Part shown: positions 1 to 13,600 of the stretch, piece after piece | Layout of the letters: the number at the start of each line of letters is the position of its first letter | Numbering within the stretch: position 1 is the stretch's first letter | Assembly: GCF_964204645.1 (NCBI RefSeq) | Contig: NC_134035.1 | Coordinates: 62,001-126,000 of the forward strand | DNA: 64,000 bases | From: Tubulanus polymorphus | Lineage: Eukaryota > Animalia > Nemertea | Reading direction: 5' to 3' | Translations under genes and position numbers: made by a program | The notes under the pieces: model-generated | The model's database searches: none | Told to the model about the DNA's origin: nothing | What the model saw: the letters and a program-made list of their open reading frames with translations, nothing else

Positions 1-1807
1 TACTGGCTAGGATAATGATAATGTATATGACTAAATCATAGATTGCATAATGTATATTGAATTGTCTTATTTCTTGCGTCTGAAATTATACTAATAAATA
101 ATTATTTTTTCGAATCGATGATTTCTATAGCAATAATAACGATTATTACTTTTTTAACTATACAAATTTTCCGACTGTAAAAAATCTATGATTGATAATA
201 ATTTTGATCGCAAAGACATCGAAAATACAGTGAAAACTCCTTCCGTTTCAATAAAATTGCCCAACTTAACTTAAGCTAACAAATTCCAGGCTAGTCAGGG
301 CAACATCGGGTTGTCATCACATGAATGAAGTAAAATTATTCTAAACATCATCCAAGGCAAGTGCAGTCTTTTAAATTCTGATATACTCTTGTCTATTATG
401 CGACAATTAAATAATTTAGAAATTCTCGATCCATCATTAATTAATTATTGAGTTGATCCGAAAAAGAGTTAACTGTATTTTGTAAATTATTCGTTGCGTT
501 TTCGATGTTCCCATTTTACACCAATCATCAATGTTAAATTATTTTGTCGTCACAGTTTTTCAGTGTTTTGTGTTTAGCGAGTTTTATGGTGCATTGATTG
601 TGTATAAAAGTGAAAGACGTCCTGATTGTAGTGGAGACCTGTAAATTACAACCATTAATGCCAGCCTCGATCCTCAAAGGGGTCATTTACATCTTATACA
701 GTGAAACTAACGTAGAGAGTTGTCCTATGATTTGGGACGATCCACTTTGACAATTGAATTGGAAATACAAATTGGAACAGAAAAAGAGATGGCTTCAGTA
801 ACGTGATGACTTTATCAGTTTCACTGACCAGTGTAAGTTGTTTTATTAGTTTCACTGAAGTCGTCTAATTTTTAATCCAAATTTGTATTTGTAATTCAGT
901 TTACTATTAGTACAAATCGTCATTTGATGATAAGGTAAATCTTTGCCGACAGGTGCTTTTTTTGAGCTATTTTTGAGACCCTATCTCTGTTTAAATGTTC
1001 CAATTAATCTAAGATCTTATTAGGTTCAGTTTAGCTGAACAGCGGTTTCTGAACTGTCTAATTGAAATAGACAGGATTTTTTAATTGATGATTGAGTTAG
1101 CTGAACTGTGTCTACAGAGCTGCAGTTGCTCGAAAGTTGGTTGAGTTAAACCAGTGAATATTTAAGATAGTGAAAATTAGAGGTTCATTGTTACTATGGT
1201 ATCTATCCAGCGATTATCTTTAACCAACTATTGAATAACTGCAATGCGAGGATTTTAATAACGATGACAAACGTTTCAGTTTTCACTCAGTTCTCTCTAA
1301 TAATAAATAAATAAACTACTGATGAACGATGGATAATACATGTTATTTGTAAATAGATATATTGATACAAAAATTGTAAATATTCATGGTTAAAAAAAGG
1401 TCATTTTGTGCATTGATACAAAACAGAAAATACAGTGAATTCATTAATAATGAATGTGGTATGTTTTATATTTAATCTGGTCACGTTTGATGATTATGAC
1501 TAAGCTGAAAGCAGATTATTTTTATGCCCCTCCCCACAACCCATTGCGTGGAGTGTACTGTAATCCCTTTGTCATCCCTGCAGTGGTTTCCGTCCCCACC
1601 AAAACCGTTGAACAGATTTTCCTGAAATTCAGCAACTAGTTGACGATAGTAACTGATGAGATTTTGGGTCCTGCAGGTCCAAGGTAACAACTTCAATATT
1701 AAACTCCCTCTAGTGACGGGAACAAAAAACTGGTTCACCCCAAATCCCCTGTGAGGAGACGAATCCTAAGACAGCGATAACAAATATCAAGACTATAAGT
1801 TATATTT

Positions 1808-3522
<1,715 letters not shown>

Positions 3523-3764
3523 TTCTGTAGAGTAATTAGGCTAATTATTTAATTAAAAAAATCACGCCGTCGGTCGAAAAATGGTTCAGCTCGACGACCT
3601 TAAAAATTCTGTCGTTTTAACCGAGCGGTGTGATTACTCGGATGCCACAGTCGGTCTCGATAAATTTCAACCGTCGAGTGCTGCTCCTACGATAACTTGC
3701 CACATACTAGTGTGACTGGTTGCTGGTCTCTGACTGTGACCGGTAATCAGTCTAGTCGACTTAG

Positions 3765-3794
3765 AACTGCGCATAGAATATTCTATGAACTGCG
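3765..3794. mobile_element. Transposon footprint or mini-insertion: 16-bp palindrome flanked by a 7-bp direct repeat
   Basis: AACTGCG-[CATAGAATATTCTATG]-AACTGCG, just upstream of the METTL1 start codon. Confidence 0.55.
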
Positions 3795-4239
3795 CCCAAT
3801 GTGTTGCGAAAAGAATAAAGTCCAAGTCCCGCATAGCCGAAAATTTAGATTCTAAAAATCAGAATTTTCGGTTTTTTCTCTAAGAATACATTTAACCGTA
3901 GGCCAGTACAGTTCATTGCACACAACTACGTAGTCGGCGTCAACAAATGAGGAAATGTGAACTGGGAGACAAGTTTCCACAGGCTGCGGGATGGCTTTGC
4001 AGCATGTTAACTATCTTATTTGACGCACGAGATTTCGCTACTAATGAGTGAATGAGTATAGTCAAAATCTCTAATTCTAGTGTCAGTCTAGTGCCTACTG
4101 TTGTTTTCCATTGACTCTGTACTCATCCCCCCCCGATGAAGCCTCTAATAGTAGCGAAAGCTCGTCCCTTGTTGCTCGTCACGGTTCATCCGGCGCGGCG
4201 TATAATAACGGTGTGCATGGGTTTATCCTCGGGGATTTT

Positions 4240-4440
4240 CTCTGCATCCAAGAGAATGGTTCGAGTCCTACTATTCTCTTCACCGTCCAAGAGAATTAAG
4301 GGTTTGCGTCCTTAGCCTACAGCGTCCAAGAGAATTATGGGTTTGAATCCTCAGCTGTCTCTCTTTCAGCGTCCAAGAGAATTATGGATTTGAGTCCTCA
4401 GCCTACAGCGTCCAAGAGAATTATGGGTTTGAATCCTCTA
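4240..4440. repeat. Degenerate tandem repeat (~40-45 bp)
   Basis: About 5 copies sharing the core GTCCAAGAGAATTATGGGTTTGA. Confidence 0.8.
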
Positions 4441-4544
4441 AGAAGATGCCGGATGGTCCAAATCAGGAATCTAGACATAAAACACAAGAATCAAAAGTGA
4501 TATGATTTATTTTTACATCCAATAACAGCCACCTATAGCGATTA

Positions 4545-4942
4545 AAGATGCAGTCATCTGTGATGTATCTGGGATGCTGGAGTGAAGATGCAGTCATCTG
4601 TGATGTCTCTAGGATGCTGGAGTGAAGATGCAGTCATCTGTGATGTCTCTAGGATGCTGGAGTGAAGATGCAGTCATCTGTGATGTCTCTAGGATGTTGG
4701 AGTGAAGATGCAGTCATCTGTGATGTATCTGGGATGTTGGAGTGAAGATGCAGTCATCTGTGATGTCTCTAGGATGATGGCGTGAAGATGCAGTCATCTG
4801 TGATGTATCTGGGATGTTAGAGTGAAGATACAGTCATCTGTGATGTCTCTGGGATGTTGGAGTGAAGATGCAGTCATCTGTGATGTCTCTGGGATGCTGG
4901 AGTGAAGATGCAGTCATCTGTGATGTATCTGGGATGCTGGAG
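4545..4942. repeat. 40-bp minisatellite, ~10 copies
   Basis: Unit GAAGATGCAGTCATCTGTGATGTCTCTAGGATGCTGGAGT. Confidence 0.95.
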
Positions 4943-5119
4943 AGAAGAGATGAGAATTTAGCAACAATTCTTATGATAAAAAGTTCAGATATTTCCCATA
5001 TCGTAGTCAATAGTTAAACTGCCAAACAGTCTAAACACTAATTCTGAACTGTAAAACATTAAACTCATTAAACTTACCAATCATTAACTGTAATGCATCC
5101 AATTTCTAGGTGAAGTCTC

Positions 5120-5263
5120 AGTTCTGGTAGCGGTGTTCTAGTGAGTTCTGGTAGCGGTGTTCTAGTGAGTTCTGGTAGCGGTGTTCTAGTGAGTTCTGGT
5201 AGCGGTGTTCTAGTGAGTTCTGGTAGCGGTGTTCTAGTGAGTTCCGGTAGCGGTGTTCTGGTG
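5120..5263. repeat. 24-bp minisatellite, ~6 copies
   Basis: Unit AGTTCTGGTAGCGGTGTTCTAGTG. Confidence 0.95.
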
Positions 5264-5364
5264 ACTAATTACTGCTTGTTTGATCAACCTGAAATTATTA
5301 AAAAAAATCGCTCGAATCGAACGAGTTAGAATTCTGAACAATTTCACCGAGATTAGCTCAAAAA

Positions 5365-5670
5365 CACCGCGAGATGACTTCAGAATAAAACGGCGCGAGA
5401 TGACTTCAGAATAAAACGGCGCGAGATGACTTCAGAATAAAAACGACGCGAGATGACTTCAAAATAAAACGACGCGAGATGACTTCAAAATAAAACGACG
5501 CGAGATGACTTCAAAATAAAACGACGCGAGATGACTTCAAAATAAAACGACGCGAGATGACTTCAAAATAAAACGGCGCGAGAAGACTTCAAAATAAAAC
5601 GGCGCGAGATGACTTCAAAATAAAACGGCGCGAGATGACTTCAAAATAAAACACCGTGAGTTGACCTCAA
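5365..5670. repeat. 26-bp minisatellite, ~11 copies
   Basis: Unit GCGAGATGACTTCAAAATAAAACGRC. Confidence 0.95.
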
Positions 5671-7319
5671 AATATGAAAGGCTCGATATTAAGAATAATT
5701 CGTGATTCGAAGTTTGACGCGTTTAGATTTTTGTGGTGTTGGTTTAATTATAGATTGTGTTATTTTCTGTGATTGACCTGTGAAAACGGAGTGTTTTATA
5801 TCTGTTTTATTTGTAAAGTATGTTGAGATGTTTTTGCGGCGTCACAGATTGGCCCTATTTGATGTTGGGTCTCAGTCCAAACCTAGCTTTACTCGTCTTA
5901 GTCCAAACCTAGCTTTACTACTTGTCATGTTGAGTTTTAAGCAGAGTAAAAGAAACTCGTATTTTGTAAAAAGTCCAAGTCCAAGTCACACCTAACCATA
6001 ATATGGACTATTCGTTTTATAGTCCATGACCTAACTCACAAACTTTTGAAATAACGTTTCCTAACTTTCCTAACCAAATTGTTAGCGGGTAATGTATTTA
6101 AAATCGGTGAAAAATTAACGATTGAAATCACGCGGTTTTTAGAATATAGACGGTCCTAAATATTACTAACATCAATCCAATTCTATCAATCTACGAAAAA
6201 TGTCAAACAAACATGTGACTCGGTCACAATCATTCAACTTCCGGTGTTCAATTCCATGGAAGTACAAGTACAACCAGGGACCTGATTTACCTAATCTAAC
6301 CTAACCTAACCGAACCTAACCGTGCGTACCTAAATATAAGCCGATAAAACATTATTTCTGCTGCAATTAAATAAATGTTCCACCTACCTTACAGCAACCT
6401 TGTAACGCGTCGAAACTTGAGCGACTTGAAAAGTTTATTCAATTAATCCTTTGATTAGAGTCAATTATTGAAGTCATGTTAAATTCCGTATCCTGAGTTG
6501 AAAGTCGAGTTGTATTCATCATCAGTTCAGATGCGCGTTTGTGCCAAATATTTGATAAAAGTTTGTTTTTTTTGAACGTATCCTATCTGTGTAATATCAG
6601 GTGACATCCTGTACCTGACTTCATCCTGTAGGATTGTCCGAGTGTAATGACGGCTTATAGGAGCGCCCACCTGTTTTTAAGTGACCTCTTAAATTCTTCT
6701 GTAGTCGTTGATTGGCTGCATCACCAATAACAAAATAAGCTCCAATGATTTCTAAAGGTGTACACTGCTCCCTATTCTTGGTGAGTGGTATCGGTTCTCG
6801 CGAGGTCAGACCGGGCAGGCAGCGCTTCACGGTTTTGAAGATGTGTAACGCAGTGACTCACAATAGATAATCCACGGGCCTGCACTAAGCCTCTTGAGAA
6901 ATACTATATGGAATCTTATTCCTGGATCAGCCACGCATTGAAAAATCATTTACAGGTGCTGATGTATCCCCCCCCACCCCCAATCTGTTATTTCTTGGTT
7001 TTGAGACTAATTTGACGGTCTGAGCCAACATGCTCAGTCGGATGTGGCGAGGGGTAAGCAGGGACCCGCAGCCAGTTTGGTTGACTAATTTAATGATGCT
7101 CTAATGGTTTGACCGAAAATTTTGACTTCTTAGATTTGTAATTTTTCAAATAGATTTTGTGGTTGTAATTTCCGAATCATACGTTCCAAGGGAGGTAATC
7201 AAACCCTGGCAAGCGAGGATAACCGCGTCCTTGTCTTCACCATCAAATGCTGTCCCTCTATGAAGCAATGGCGGCGAATGTGTGAACTAATCTATTACTC
7301 GCATGCTACAGTATGTTCT

Positions 7320-7560
7320 GCGAGACTGGTCGCCTGTCAAATTCTGCGCCACCAGCATTCGTAGTCAGTAGAGACCGGCAACCAGTCTACCAGCGAGTTA
7401 CAGAGCAGTTCACACTTGCACCGCTAACTATCAGGATCTATTCAGGACTCTGAGGACTCAATCTCACTCTGATAAATTCGCTTTTCTGATGTCTTACAAT
7501 AACAACGATCCCGAAATCTCTACAATTGTGTGCGACATGTGGTTAATGAATTGGTAAAGC
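7320..7560 (+). mobile_element. Possible decayed 3' fragment of a non-LTR (LINE) ORF2
   Basis: Frameshifted pieces VETG and CTANYQDLFRTLRTQSHSDKFAFLMSYNNNDPEISTIVCDMW resemble LINE ORF2 C-termini. Recognised by eye only. Confidence 0.3.
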
Positions 7561-8168
7561 TATGAATTCAGTGCCCAGTAATCCCTGATTGAAAAACACT
7601 CTTGAACGAAACACTACCTCGGCTGTTCAAATTTAATGGAACAATCTTAAATCTGGTGTGAAAACCTACCTTTTTAAACAACATTTTATTGAAATGTAAT
7701 ACGATGATCATGTGACCATGTGTATATTTTATTGTAAACCGCTCTCAAAAATATCTACCTCCAAAAAGAAAATTTGATGGAAACAAACTATTCAGAAACT
7801 ACAACCCTAAACCCTTCGAAAAACAAGGCCATCTATACCCCTAACGTGCGAACGTGCTAACATAGAGTGGACTGGTCTGCTAGGTCGCGATACACGCGGC
7901 AATTTACATCGAAACATATATATAACAAATTTCAGCTGGATAATTCTCAATCTGAATTTTATATTGAATTTCATTTTCAAATGTGTTGTTGATATCGGGT
8001 GAACTCTGACGCTCGCGAAATCCTAGAACTAATCTATAATTAGTGTGAGAAATTGATCTCGAGGGGAAGGTGTCACGTGTGAGAGTGTGTGTTCGGGTTT
8101 ATAATATATAAACACGGTATTAGTTTTAATTGGTTGTACGTCACAGAGATCGGACTGCGCTGAACACG

Positions 8169-9161
8169 ATGACTGAGAGTCCCGCTACTACAGTACCGGT
8201 TGTCAATACGACAACATGCGACACGACAGTCGTCGATACAGCACGAATAGTCGTCATTCAAATACGCATGGGTTTAGCCATCCCGAGTGTTATCGGTAAC
8301 TGTTTATCGTTTGCGGTGATGACGATGAAGAAGAACCGGTGTCTGACTAGTTGTTTCCTGATGGCGAATCTGGCGATAGTTGATACGATTCCGCTGTTAG
8401 CTTTCCTTCACGATTATCTGTCGACGGCTCGACTGCACGATACTAACACCCGCCCGTTTTACTGTCAACTGGGAGTGTTCCTCGGTAATCTCGGTGTCAC
8501 ATCAGCCGCTTGGATCGTGTTTCTGATGACGGCCGAGCGCTGCGTGGCGATCCTGATGCCGTTAAAAGTATCGCAGATTTGTACGATGAGAAACGCTCGA
8601 ATATCGGTTCTTGTCGTCTACGTGGTAGTATCCATCAGACATATACATTCATTTTTCTTTTTCACAACCACATTTGACGCCGACTCGGGCTGGTATTCGT
8701 GCGTGTTCGTCGAAGGCTACGACAACGTTATGGTCGCCGACCGAATTTTCAAATTAGCATTCGACTCGCTTGGACCGTGCGTGCTCATTTTCATAGCCAA
8801 TATTTTGATTATCATGAGTTTGAGAAAACGTCAGCAGGCGAACCTGGGAGCCACGAGTTCCGGTGCGACGGACAAGAGAACTTATTCACAACAGCAAATT
8901 ACTCGCACGTTGCTGTTCGTGTCTATAACGTTCTCAGTACTGGTGACACCGCACACAGTGCGTACATTCCTGCAGGCTGTCAACCCTGCTCCTCCTGCCT
9001 CGTGTAACTCAACCTCTTACAACAAGGACAGCATCATCGATAAAGTACTTCACGGTCTGCTGTACGTAAACCACGGTATAAACTTCTTTCTGTACTGTAT
9101 AGGAGGAGGAAAACGATTCCGAAATGACGTGGCCGCCGTTCTCAAGTGTAAAAGAAACTAA
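8169..9161 (+). CDS. Single-exon class A GPCR, FMRFamide-receptor/GPR139-142-like orphan peptide receptor (~330 aa)
   Basis: Seven hydrophobic segments. TM1 GN (SVIGNCLSF), TM2 NLAIVD, TM3 end MTAERCVAILMPLK, TM6 FSVLVTP, TM7 YVNHGINFFLYC (NFxxY typical of this clade), helix 8 KRFRND. First ATG at 8169, with an N-glycosylation sequon in the short N-terminus. Confidence 0.92.
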   Translation: MTESPATTVPVVNTTTCDTTVVDTARIVVIQIRMGLAIPSVIGNCLSFAVMTMKKNRCLTSCFLMANLAIVDTIPLLAFLHDYLSTARLHDTNTRPFYCQLGVFLGNLGVTSAAWIVFLMTAERCVAILMPLKVSQICTMRNARISVLVVYVVVSIRHIHSFFFFTTTFDADSGWYSCVFVEGYDNVMVADRIFKLAFDSLGPCVLIFIANILIIMSLRKRQQANLGATSSGATDKRTYSQQQITRTLLFVSITFSVLVTPHTVRTFLQAVNPAPPASCNSTSYNKDSIIDKVLHGLLYVNHGINFFLYCIGGGKRFRNDVAAVLKCKRN

Positions 9162-10680
9162 CAAATGAATTTGTCGTTGTTTTCCTTTCAAACGATGTCT
9201 TGATTTCCTCACAAATATGTGTAAACCATTTAGACACATGAAGAAACAGTTGAATCCGATTGATGTAGGCCTGTTCCTATTGGGCTGGACGGATTACCTT
9301 CCTCTGGGGAGAGTTCGTGGACTCAGAATGTCAATGAGCAAAAATCAGCTTCCTCTTGAAGAGTATGGCAAAAGATTTCACCGAAAATATCACTCACAAC
9401 AAAAACATAATTTTTTGAATGAATCTTGTAATTGTAAATTTACGAATACTATAACAACAATAATAAAGCGCACATTATTTTACACCGTACGAACCAATGT
9501 AAATTACAATGTAATTTTCTGGCCTTTTTCAATTCTCAACAATGTTCGCATGATTGCAAAAAGTACTAAATATTGAGAAGCGTTTAATAAAACGGCTTAG
9601 TAGTAGTAAACCTAACGACGAAATTTACTATATGTACGAAATGAAAGATTTCACAATTAACCTTCTCGCTCGACAAGAAGGTCGAAAAATATACATATTG
9701 TTTACACTTGCTTATTATTATTGCGTTACAAATACATGATAAATAACATATTAACAATTCAATAAGTTGAAGACTTAGAGTTCACACTGACCGCTGCGGT
9801 GTATGACAGCATATTGTACTAGAGACGGAATGAAACTTATTTTGAAAAAGAAATTGAGATCAAATCAACAGATATTTCAGCTTATTTCATAAATTCTATT
9901 GCGCCGAAACAGTTTCGAATACGTCGTTGTTGTGGTTTATATGAAAATGTATAGAGACTCGTATGTTTTCTGAAAGTAAGATTTAACATGTATCAGTATC
10001 TACATGGCGAATAGAAACTCGATATCATCGAGATAATTATCTATCAACGTGACGCCGATACAGGATCGGTTTCTTCAAACAGAAATAAGATATGCTACCA
10101 ATAGTCTAAAGAAAGTCGACACCTGACGATATCGAATGACATTAAACGAGGCAATTATTCGAGATTTTATATCGAATCGATTTGAGTTGAATTCGGTGTA
10201 AATTTCGGTAGGTTTTAGAACGCGAGGTCAGTTCTAATGGTCAGTGATGTGATTGGGTAATCAAAGTTCAATTTGGTACACGTTTGAGTTTGTTAGAACC
10301 GAGTATCGCGGTATTAGATTCATTATAGATGAGAGATATCTAAATGATCGATATGACACCTGCAGACTGATAGCACACATAATAATCAGGGGTGAATCTA
10401 GAGTCTGATTCAGGGAGGAACCATTGGAAAACATGATTACTGTTTTTATGAATTTAAACTTTCTAAGTATCAATTGATAATTCATATTTTTCATTTCCTC
10501 TTAAAATTTCAGGGGAATTTGACAGTTTAGGGTGGATGCCCTGCGAATCTAAGAGGGGTGTGCTCCCTTAGATTCGCTCGGTTCAATGTTAGACAGCTAA
10601 ATCATTGAAATTGAATTGAGGTTTCAAATTTACCTGTGTTATATACAAACAGTTTGTGCTAGAGATGTCTCACTCGATCT

Positions 10681-13600
10681 TTATGTTGCCGCTATCTGCA
10701 AAAACCGATAAGAAAATACATTAAACATATAGAATTTTCCATTTTACTTGATAATCACAATAAAACGAGTTTGTATTTTGATTTCGGTCGGGGCGACGAT
10801 GGGTGTGCCGGACGCCAGAGCGACGATGGGTGTGCCGGACGCCGGAGCGACGAGGGGTGTGCCGGACGCCGGAGCGACGATGGGTGTGCCGGACGCCGGA
10901 GCGACGATGGGTGTGCCGGACGCCGGAGCGACGATGGGTGTGCCGGACGCCGGAGCGACGAGGGGTGTGCCGGACGCCGGAGCGACGATGGGTGTGTCGG
11001 ACGCCGGAGCGACGATGGGTGTGCCGGACGCCGGAGCGACGATGGGTGTGCCGGCCGCGCAGTTATCAGCTGAGGTAATCAAATCTAATTTACATACCTT
11101 CGCCGTGCTTCCGGTTGGCGGTTTGACTTGGAATTTTTTCTTTTCGGATTTCTTGATATCGTTCGTCGACGCCTTAACTGCGTTATCGGCGTTGAATAAA
11201 CCAACTGCGCCACCATCCAGATCGGCCAGACTACCCAGATTCGACTGACTATCAGATACGTTATCGGCTAGAGTTTGTTTCTCTTCTAACATCGCTTGCA
11301 CTTTCGGGTCGTCCAGATTCAAGTCGGCTTTTCCTTCCAGCCAAAACGTTTTCATCACACCCTTACCCTAAAATCAGAACAAGTCGAAGTAACTTGAAGT
11401 TTTACTGTAACAAATAAGGGAGGATCTTTGTTTGGGAGAAAATAGAAAATTTCTTAAATTAATTTCTTAAATTTATTATCATTTTATCAAGGAATATGAA
11501 TTGTTTCCTCGTGACCGTCATCAAATAGTGCCCTGGTCCCCAACCTTCAAAAAATCCAGGCTCCACCCTTGCTGTAAAATGCAATAATTCGGATACTTAC
11601 CTTTACTTGTACGGTTCCACGTTCTTTGACGGAGAACGGAAATCCTTCCAGTAAAACTTTAGTCGTTTCGGAGATGTGAATTTTCTGCGCTTCCGAATTG
11701 GTTTCCATTCGAGATGCGGTGTTTACAGCATCCCCGAATAGACAGTATCTGGGCATCTTTAAACCGACAACTCCGGCTACGACTGAGCCTGAGTGAGCGC
11801 CTGCGAACAGAGAAATACATGACTGTCATATTCCGAGTTTTATTAAGAGTACATACATGATCCGTGTTAGAGAATTTAAGATTCAAAGTTTCAAGTTTAA
11901 TTCGGGAACACCGCGGAACACTTGGTCAAGAATCAAGGCTTAACCCAGGACTGTGAAACTGTCGAAATCATTCCTTCAGATATGAAACTCACCAACTCGA
12001 ATGGTTACTTGTTTCTGACTGTTTGGATCTTTAATCTCGTACATAGTGGCGATCATATCTAACGCCATTTCGCTGATATAACAAGCGTGATATTTGATAA
12101 CATTCGGGACCCCTGAAGCCACCATGTACGCGTCACCGATTGTCTCAACCTGTAATAAAACGATGAGTGTATGTTTAAGTGTACTCACCGGCGCGTACGT
12201 TTATAGGTTTCCCGGAGCTCGGGTCTTTAATGTCGTTTGCCGAAGCCATCATCTCGAGCGCCATTTCGCAGATATATGCGGCGTGATACTGGCAGCGTTT
12301 CGGAGCCCCGGACGCGATCATGTACGAATCTGCGATCGTTTCCACCTGTAACAGAGGCAAGCTATTTTTGAACGCAGAAATTTTCGCAATATTTGAAAGC
12401 CCGGAAATTTTCACCCCTTAAGTGTATGCGAGAACGAATGTATTCGATCGAATTGATATCAGTGATTTTTTATCTGATGATAATTTGTTTAGAATAAGCG
12501 AAAATTTCCAGTTTTCTAATAGCCAGACTCTGCTGAATGGACACGGGATAAACACAGTTGATTGTCCCCTACAGATCAGCACTTTAGTTTCATTGAAACC
12601 AAATTGGGGTCTATATCTAGAGTACTGTATAACCCTAGCGAGATATTCACAAACCACTGAAGTCCAGCGGTTAAGTAAAGGTAACCTAGCCCCAGTTGCA
12701 CAGCTTTGACTTGTCCAAAAATGGTCCTTAATCACATTAAGACACAATGTACAATTATAATAATCAGATCCACTGTGCAACTGGATCCTGGTCACGTGGT
12801 GCTAGGCCCATGTCTTATTGTCAAACTGTCACTCTTGATAGTTTACAGATGAACTCGCGTTTTGTACGGTGTGAAGTCTTACCTTGTAAACCCTGTGCTT
12901 TTCGCTTAATGTATCGAACTTCGTGTACATCGAGTTGAGCATCGTGACCACTTGTAACGGGGTGATTTTACTACAGATTGTCGTGAATCCAACTACATCA
13001 CTGAACAACACTGTTACACATTCAAACGTCTGTCAAATATACAACATACACTTACTAGACGTCAGGGGTTGGTTTAATATGTTAACCTTTGAATTGAATC
13101 ATTATTTAATGATCAGAAATATTGACCACTTTTATCTTTAACCCCAGGGGCCAATTGCACAGTCATGACTTAAGTCGAAAAGTGGTCTTGAATCTTAAGA
13201 CTGGTCTTAAGTTGTTAGATTAGCAATAAAACTAAGTTGGTCTTAGACTGGTCTTAAGTCTAAGCCATGACTATGCAACAGGCCCCTGGAATGATTTAGA
13301 GACTTAGTGATGATTTCAACCCGGAGTTAAAAACCCAATTCGACTATGGCCATAAGTCAATCATGTGGACAATCTTTGTCACTGGAATAAAACATACCTC
13401 ACAAGTAGCGACTGGATCCTCTCCACGACGAAGCCGTTCAGCCACAGATCGCGGTATCATTTGATATAACAACTGATCGGTTCGTTTCATCTCAACGTGA
13501 AGACGCTTCATGAATTCTTCCAATTTCTTAGATTTTTGTTGTTCCTATTGAACGAATGGGTGAAATCATAATTCTTTCGGTTGTTTCGTGTTTGGCGCAC

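Noticed and set aside
1500-1775. GC-richer segment containing CTGATGAG (possible hammerhead ribozyme or ncRNA)
   Set aside because: No correctly placed GAAA or stems found. More likely METTL1 3' UTR or a repeat fragment.
4545-5670. CRISPR-like appearance of regularly spaced repeats
   Set aside because: Units are head-to-tail with no unique spacers, the context is eukaryotic and there are no cas genes.
6285-6325. (CCTAA)n tract as telomere or Helentron signature
   Set aside because: Too short and degenerate; no supporting termini identified.
10744-11097. sGC C-terminal (GTPIVAPAS)n tail
   Set aside because: A strong donor at 11098 precedes the repeat, so it is more likely intronic. Read-through cannot be fully excluded.
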